DNA from: Oceanispirochaeta sp.
GTDB taxonomy: Bacteria; Spirochaetota; Spirochaetia; DSM-2461
Direction of reading: 5' to 3'
DNA: 64,000 nucleotides
Assembly: GCA_963663385.2 (NCBI GenBank)
Contig: CAXXXD010000001.1
Location: 160,001 to 224,000, forward strand
Shown here: positions 58,170 through 64,000 of the stretch, one piece after another
Layout: every line of letters starts with the position of its first letter
How positions within the stretch are numbered: position 1 is the stretch's first letter
The notes under the pieces: model-generated
Database searches by the model: none
What the model was told of the DNA's origin: nothing
What the model saw: the letters and a program-made list of their open reading frames with translations, nothing else
Translations under genes and position numbers: made by a program

Positions 58170-59342
58170 ATGAAAGTCGAAGAGAAGCGGAAACAGAAGA
58201 GAAACTCTATCATGGAAAAAGCCCTGGATGTATGGTCCAGAGAGGATTTCCGGAAAACCTCTCTAAGTACCCTTTCAAAAGAGCTGAAGATGACCAAGCA
58301 GGGACTATACCGGTACTTCTGTAACAAAGAGGATCTTATAACATCCATTAACGCATATATTAATGAGAGATACCTTCAGGCAAACAGCGACCTGATTCAT
58401 CAACTGGAAAATACAGCTCCCCCGGACAGATTGATTCTGTTTATAAGAAAAATCTCGGGATTCTATCTGTCCAACCGAAGTATAGTAAAGTTTGACAACT
58501 TCTGGACGATCAGAACGGGCCAGGTTACCGTACGCGGGTCCCATGAACAGAGGAATGAAATCTGCCGTCTTCTGAATATTGATCTGAGAGCCTTATATCT
58601 GACAGGAATGTACTGTCAATTTGTTTTCAGCTGGGATGATGGCAGTCACTTTAATCCCGATAGAACGAATCAGGAAAAGCGGGTAATTATTCAGGAATTG
58701 ATTCAGAACGGTCTGGCAGGGAAGAACTTCAGACTACCTGAAAAAGGGATCAATATCAGAACGCAGAAGGACTATATTCAGCTGAAGGATAGACTCCTAA
58801 AGGACAATCTTTTTATCTCAATTGCTTCAGCTATCCAGGAAAAAGGGCTGAATAATGTGACAATGGAACAGATTGCCTCTAATGCGGGTCTTTCAAAAAG
58901 CTCTCTCTATAATTATTTCCAGAATAAAGACGAAATGCTGACAGAAACAGTCAATAAACTTGTTAAAGAATATAGGATATTTCACAGGGAGCTGCTTGAA
59001 CGCTATGACTCCTTTGAAGAGAAGCTGGTGGCTCATCTGGAACTGCAGGATGCAATCATGCCTGTAAAACCCCAGTCTCTAATAATCTTAAAACAATTCC
59101 TGAACAGGGATGTGCTGCAGAAAATAGATTCCCCGGGGGATTCTCCGGATTTTCTCAGCTTCATACAGGATGGAATTGACCAGAAGAAGCTGAAACCGAT
59201 GCTCTCCCCCAGGGAGTACCAGATTATTTTCAGCTCTTTTATTTTTATAGAAAAGGTTATGTTCAACCGGAAGGGGAACTGTAACCTTATACCTCCTGTA
59301 CTCGATTGGCTGAAACTGCTGGCCTGTGGTGTCCGGTACTGA
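58170..59342 (+). CDS. tandem (double) TetR-family regulator
   Basis: Two HTHs: MTKQGLYRYFCNKEDL and LSKSSLYNYFQNKDEM. Confidence 0.88.
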   Translation: MKVEEKRKQKRNSIMEKALDVWSREDFRKTSLSTLSKELKMTKQGLYRYFCNKEDLITSINAYINERYLQANSDLIHQLENTAPPDRLILFIRKISGFYLSNRSIVKFDNFWTIRTGQVTVRGSHEQRNEICRLLNIDLRALYLTGMYCQFVFSWDDGSHFNPDRTNQEKRVIIQELIQNGLAGKNFRLPEKGINIRTQKDYIQLKDRLLKDNLFISIASAIQEKGLNNVTMEQIASNAGLSKSSLYNYFQNKDEMLTETVNKLVKEYRIFHRELLERYDSFEEKLVAHLELQDAIMPVKPQSLIILKQFLNRDVLQKIDSPGDSPDFLSFIQDGIDQKKLKPMLSPREYQIIFSSFIFIEKVMFNRKGNCNLIPPVLDWLKLLACGVRY

Positions 59343-59362
59343 TATTAAAGAAAGGAACTTAT

Positions 59363-60706
59363 ATGAAAAAACGATTGATTATTTGCTTACTGACCCTTTT
59401 TACCTTTATAAATGCCTATGGAGAAATTATCTCTCTGACTGAAGACGAGGCAGCGGAAATGGCCGTAGAGAATAATCTCAGCCTGAAATCTTCCGCTGTA
59501 GATGTAAGAACCAAGGCCCGGACAAGAGACACAGCCTGGAATGTTTTCATACCGTCCATTAATGCTTCGGCCGATCTCAGCCATAGCCGTACACTTCTCT
59601 CGGATCCGACTCCTTCTCCCATGGCTCCGGATGCCTATGACCCCTCCTGGTCCCTTACTTCAACCTTAAGCATGACCCTGCCCCTCAATATTGCTGCCGG
59701 AACGGGAATCAGACAGACCATAATAGATTATGAAGCGGGAGACCTTACCTACAGGGATGCCAGGAAGCAGCTGGAAAGGGATGTGCGCAAACAGTTCTAC
59801 AATATGATTGCCCTGGCCGCCAATATTGACCTGAAAAAAGTGAATATCGAGATCGCCGAAAAAAGGTATGAACAGTCCAGGGAAAACTACAATAACGGGC
59901 TGATCAGCGAACTGGAAATGCTTCAGTCCCAGGTAACGGTTGAGAATATGAAACCGGAACTGAATGCTCTGAATACCCGGTTTGAAAACGGGTTGATGAA
60001 CTTCAAGTTCTTTCTGGGGATTCCCCTTGATGCAGAGATTTTTCTGATGGGAGATCTGAACAACATCCGCTTCTATGATCTTGATAAAGACAGCCTGATT
60101 GACAGTTACAGTGCGGGTCGGATGGATATCATGCAGCTGAACAAAGCGATTGAATCCCTGCGGAACGCAAAAAAAGCGACATCTCAGCTTAACAGGACCC
60201 CGTCTGTATCACTTTACTCCACATGGGTGAATCCCGTATCCGACCCTTTCGAAGGGGAAAGCTGGGAAAGCGGATCCTGGATTGACTCACTGACCTTCGG
60301 CGTTCAGTTATCCATGCCCCTTGATGACTTTATCCCCAACTCAAGCACGGATGTATCCTTGAAGGAGATGGACGATTCCATAGAGAAACTGGAACTGCAG
60401 CGACAGCAGCTCTACGAAGCGGCATCCATGGAAATAACAAATCTGGTTATGAATCTGGAGAATTCCTACCGTACAATCGAAACCTATGAACTTAATGTAG
60501 ACCTTGCTCAGAAGTCATTTGATCTGACAACGGAAGCCTATAACCTTGGTACCCGGGAACTGCTGGATGTGGAAACGGCCCAGGAGTCTCTCCTGACAGC
60601 ATCGCAAAGCGTTCTGTTTGAAAAAATAAATTATATCAGCAATCTGCTTGACCTGCAGTATGCCATCAATACGGATGATCTATCGAGAATCCTGGAGGAA
60701 AAATGA
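59363..60706 (+). CDS. TolC-family outer-membrane efflux protein
   Basis: Signal peptide; A..NN.SL, YNNGLISELE, YNLGTRELLDV repeats. Confidence 0.9.
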   Translation: MKKRLIICLLTLFTFINAYGEIISLTEDEAAEMAVENNLSLKSSAVDVRTKARTRDTAWNVFIPSINASADLSHSRTLLSDPTPSPMAPDAYDPSWSLTSTLSMTLPLNIAAGTGIRQTIIDYEAGDLTYRDARKQLERDVRKQFYNMIALAANIDLKKVNIEIAEKRYEQSRENYNNGLISELEMLQSQVTVENMKPELNALNTRFENGLMNFKFFLGIPLDAEIFLMGDLNNIRFYDLDKDSLIDSYSAGRMDIMQLNKAIESLRNAKKATSQLNRTPSVSLYSTWVNPVSDPFEGESWESGSWIDSLTFGVQLSMPLDDFIPNSSTDVSLKEMDDSIEKLELQRQQLYEAASMEITNLVMNLENSYRTIETYELNVDLAQKSFDLTTEAYNLGTRELLDVETAQESLLTASQSVLFEKINYISNLLDLQYAINTDDLSRILEEK

Positions 60707-61674
60707 GTAAAAAAGAGAAAAAGAAACGAGATAAAAAACCGGGACGAATTGTTCTGATAATACTGCTTCTGGCAATCCTTGCCGCCGGAGCCTTTACCGT
60801 TCTTAGTATGAAAAACAACGGAGGGCCCAAAGGCTCTCCCGGACAGGATGGAATGGAAGAGGACAAGGAAACCATTTTTGCGGTTACAGTAACCGAAGCC
60901 GTGTCCGGTGAAATAAAGGATCTTCTGGAAGTAAACGGCGATGTCATTCCCGACAGCTCGGTAGATCTTTATCCAGATAATTCCGGAAAGCTGTCCAGAC
61001 TCTATGTGGAACTGGGTGACTATGTCCGAAAGGGTCAGGTAATCGCAGAAGTTGATCCCTCCCGGCCGGGCATGTCATACACGGCCAACCCGGTTAAAGC
61101 GGAAATCAGCGGAACCATAACCCGACTGCCCTTCGACCTGGGAGCCACCGTCGGGCCCCAGTCCCCCGTCGCTACTGTCGGGAGGCTTCACAACCTTCAG
61201 GTCAGAACGTATATTCCCGAACGGTTTATCTCCAAAATCCGAATGGGAATGAAGGCGAACCTTACTTTCGAATCCTATCCCGGAGAAATTTTTCCGGGAG
61301 TGGTAACAGAAGTCAACCCTGTTGTGGATGAAGTATCCAGAACTCTGGAAATCAAAATGGACCTTGTCGACAGGGATTCCCGGATCAAAGCGGGAATGTA
61401 TGCCAAGATCAGCCTTATAACCGAAGAAAAGGATGATATCGTCCGGATCCCTTCGGACTGCATCATCAGCCGTTTCGGCGAAACCTTTGTATTCGTTATG
61501 GACGGAGAAGATAAGGTAGCCAGGCGCTTCGTAACACCGGGGATCCAGATCAGCGGAGTATCCGAAATTGCGGAGGGACTGAAAGCGGGTGAACGGGTGA
61601 TCTACCAGGGCCAGACCCTGCTGGATGATCAGGCCCCCGTCAAAGTCGTCAGAACCATGCAGCCCTTAAAGTAA
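60703..61674 (+). CDS. RND periplasmic adaptor (MFP)
   Basis: N-terminal TM, SGKLSRLYVELGDYVRKGQ lipoyl-like motif, SRT, GL..GERVI. Confidence 0.92.
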   Translation: MSKKEKKKRDKKPGRIVLIILLLAILAAGAFTVLSMKNNGGPKGSPGQDGMEEDKETIFAVTVTEAVSGEIKDLLEVNGDVIPDSSVDLYPDNSGKLSRLYVELGDYVRKGQVIAEVDPSRPGMSYTANPVKAEISGTITRLPFDLGATVGPQSPVATVGRLHNLQVRTYIPERFISKIRMGMKANLTFESYPGEIFPGVVTEVNPVVDEVSRTLEIKMDLVDRDSRIKAGMYAKISLITEEKDDIVRIPSDCIISRFGETFVFVMDGEDKVARRFVTPGIQISGVSEIAEGLKAGERVIYQGQTLLDDQAPVKVVRTMQPLK

Positions 61675-61684
61675 AGGACAAAAC

Positions 61685-64000
61685 ATGAGTGTAGCCAAAT
61701 CAATAGTACATAAACCCACCACCGTACTGATACTCTTTACAATACTGGTGGGGCTGGGACTTTATATAGTGCCCCAGGTACCGATAGACCTCTATCCCGA
61801 GATCAACCCGCCGATTCTCGTGGTGTATACCAACTACCCGGGAGCGGGTCCTGAAGAGGTGGAACAGACTCTTACCCGCCCCCTGGAAGGAGCGTTGATG
61901 AACGTGTCCGACATGGAACGGATCACCTCGACCTCCTCAGAAGGGAACAGCATGATCATCCTGGAATTCGGCTGGGACGTTCCTCTGTCGCCAGCGGCGC
62001 AGGACGTAAGGGATACCCTTGAATTTATCAAGGATTACCTTCCCCAAGATGCCTCAGCGGTGCAGATTTTCAAATTTGATCCTGCCATGATGCCCATTAT
62101 AGACCTTGTAGTAAACGGCAACCGGTCTCCTGAAGAGATCAGAGCCATTGCCGAAGACCAGATACAACCCTATCTGGAACAGGTATCAGGAGTCGCCACA
62201 TCCTTCATAACCGGCGGCCGGGAGAAGGTTATCCGGGTGGAGATCAGCCAGAACCGCCTGGAAGCCTACGGCCTGAACATAACCGGGATAGCCGGTATGC
62301 TGGCCACGCAGAACCTGCAGATCGGTGCCGGTTCCGTTGAAGAGGGATCCAAAAAATACCTTGTCCGCACAGGCGGTGAGTACAAGAACCTGGAAGAGAT
62401 TGAGAACGCCGTTGTTTCCTACAAGGTTTCTGGAGGGATAACCAAAGAGATCCGCCTGAGAGACATTGCAAAAGTATATGAAGGCTATAAAGACGCCACC
62501 AGCACTGTCTACATTAACGGTGAACCCGGTGTCTATATTTCCATCCAGAAGCAGAGCGGCGTCAATTCCATCGAAACGGCAGATAATGTTCTGGCCAAAC
62601 TGGAACAGATCAACAGGAACCTGCCGCCTGACATGTCTGTGTCTGTCATCAACAATACAACCGAAATGATCCGGAACTCCCTGAATCAGGTAACCCGTTC
62701 TGCTATTACAGGAGCCCTGCTGGCCATGGTGGTTCTCTTTGTTTTTCTCAGAAGCTTCAAGAGCACCTTCATCATCGGCCTCTCCATTCCCATCTCTCTT
62801 CTGATAACCATTATGTGTATGTATTTCGCAGGGCTGACTCTCAATATGATGACCCTTGCGGGACTCACACTGGGGGTCGGGATGATTGTGGACTCCTCCA
62901 TTGTTATACTGGAAAATATCTTCCGTTACCGCGAAAAAGGGGCCAAGCTTATGCCTTCGGCCATCCTGGGAACCCAGGAGATGTTTATGGCCATCATGGC
63001 TTCCACCCTGACAACGGTCTGTGTTTTCCTGCCGGTTCTGATGTTTAAAAGGGAGCTGGAAATGATCGGAGTCCTTTTCAAGGACATGGCTTTTACCATC
63101 ATTATAGCGCTGCTCTCCTCCCTGTTCATCGCCATAACTCTGGTCCCCGTTCTGGCCAGCAAATATATCGCTCTGTATACCCGGAAACAGCACCCTCTTA
63201 AATGGAGACTGTTCCGGGGCATAGACAACGCTATGGGCCGGTTTTTCACAGGCATGGACAATATGTACAAGAAAGCTCTCGCATCCTGCCTGGACAATAA
63301 AGTCCTGACGATCCTCGTTGTGGTTGGCCTTTTTGCTTTGAGCCTTCTGATGTTCCCCTCCATCGGGATCAACTTCATGCCCAGCAGCGAGGAGGATTCT
63401 ATCGTCCTTTCCATGGATATGCCCATCGGTACCCGGCTGGATCTTACCCAGGAGTATATGGACCAGCTGGCCATGATCGCCCAGAGAGAGATCGACAGTG
63501 CCAAGGACATCATTATATCCACCGGAGGAGGAGACTTCCTGTCTTCCGACAACAGTGCCCGGGGAACCATGACTATGACATTGAAGGATTTCGAACTCAG
63601 AACCGAAACCAATGATGAGATTAAAGAGGAGCTCCGGTCTCATTTTGACGACTTTCCCTCTGCCACATTCAGCTTCGGTTCCAATCAGGGAATGGGAGGA
63701 GCCGCTTCTCCTATCGACATTATAGTAAAGACTGAAGATATGGTGGAGGCCAAGAAAGTTGCCAACGATATTAAAGAGATGCTTATCGATCTTGTCCCCG
63801 AAGTTACTGAACCCGACATCAGCCTGACCGAAGGCCTGCCTCAGGCGGAAATCGTCATAGACCGGGAAAAAGCCTACTCCCTCGGGCTGTCTGTCATGTC
63901 CATCGGAAACGAAATATCCGCCAATGTGGACGGCAAGACCGCCTCCCGCTACCGGGTGGGAGGAGACGAATTCGATATCCTCGTCATTCTGGATGAAGCG
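61685..64000 (+). CDS. RND efflux permease (AcrB/AcrD/AcrF family), runs past window end
   Basis: Manual translation: YPGAGPEEVE..LTRPLE, TSSEG, GMIVDSSIVILENI, ASTLTT. Confidence 0.93.
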   Translation, partial: MSVAKSIVHKPTTVLILFTILVGLGLYIVPQVPIDLYPEINPPILVVYTNYPGAGPEEVEQTLTRPLEGALMNVSDMERITSTSSEGNSMIILEFGWDVPLSPAAQDVRDTLEFIKDYLPQDASAVQIFKFDPAMMPIIDLVVNGNRSPEEIRAIAEDQIQPYLEQVSGVATSFITGGREKVIRVEISQNRLEAYGLNITGIAGMLATQNLQIGAGSVEEGSKKYLVRTGGEYKNLEEIENAVVSYKVSGGITKEIRLRDIAKVYEGYKDATSTVYINGEPGVYISIQKQSGVNSIETADNVLAKLEQINRNLPPDMSVSVINNTTEMIRNSLNQVTRSAITGALLAMVVLFVFLRSFKSTFIIGLSIPISLLITIMCMYFAGLTLNMMTLAGLTLGVGMIVDSSIVILENIFRYREKGAKLMPSAILGTQEMFMAIMASTLTTVCVFLPVLMFKRELEMIGVLFKDMAFTIIIALLSSLFIAITLVPVLASKYIALYTRKQHPLKWRLFRGIDNAMGRFFTGMDNMYKKALASCLDNKVLTILVVVGLFALSLLMFPSIGINFMPSSEEDSIVLSMDMPIGTRLDLTQEYMDQLAMIAQREIDSAKDIIISTGGGDFLSSDNSARGTMTMTLKDFELRTETNDEIKEELRSHFDDFPSATFSFGSNQGMGGAASPIDIIVKTEDMVEAKKVANDIKEMLIDLVPEVTEPDISLTEGLPQAEIVIDREKAYSLGLSVMSIGNEISANVDGKTASRYRVGGDEFDILVILDEA

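Noticed and set aside
62186..63643. 485-aa minus-strand ORF
   Set aside because: Antisense shadow of the RND permease, which the ORF track missed because it has no stop inside the window.

Overview
Chromosomal segment that most likely comes from a free-living anaerobic spirochaete (Spirochaetaceae-like). This is an inference from the 'FAxG'-type signal peptide, tRNA-Arg(UCG) and the overall gene repertoire. Core content: a lon paralog with a TetR gene, an orange-protein-like (DUF134/NifX/COG1149/Mrp) metallocluster operon, leuCD, a xanthine permease, three Cache-domain chemoreceptors (two recently homogenised), hpt, sufS and sufU split by a two-component system, rarA, five tRNAs, tig-clpP-clpX-lon, nrnA and an RND efflux operon. 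Three accessory systems stand out. (1) An AT-rich block (about 20.9-29.0 kb) encodes a soluble histidine kinase whose input is a sugar-ABC-type ATPase domain. It is paired with an NtrC-type activator and sits divergently from a BMP/nucleoside ABC importer with a clear sigma-54 promoter and palindromic enhancer, so it is a candidate transporter-coupled sensing system. (2) An operon encodes an ECF sigma (probable CTG start), a membrane anti-sigma and an exported caspase-like protease with beta-solenoid repeats. (3) A two-gene cassette of a variable surface lipoprotein plus a GT-B glycosyltransferase-like protein is tandemly duplicated. No CRISPR, rRNA, transposase or intact integrase was seen. 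All calls come from manual reading of motifs; no database searches were run.
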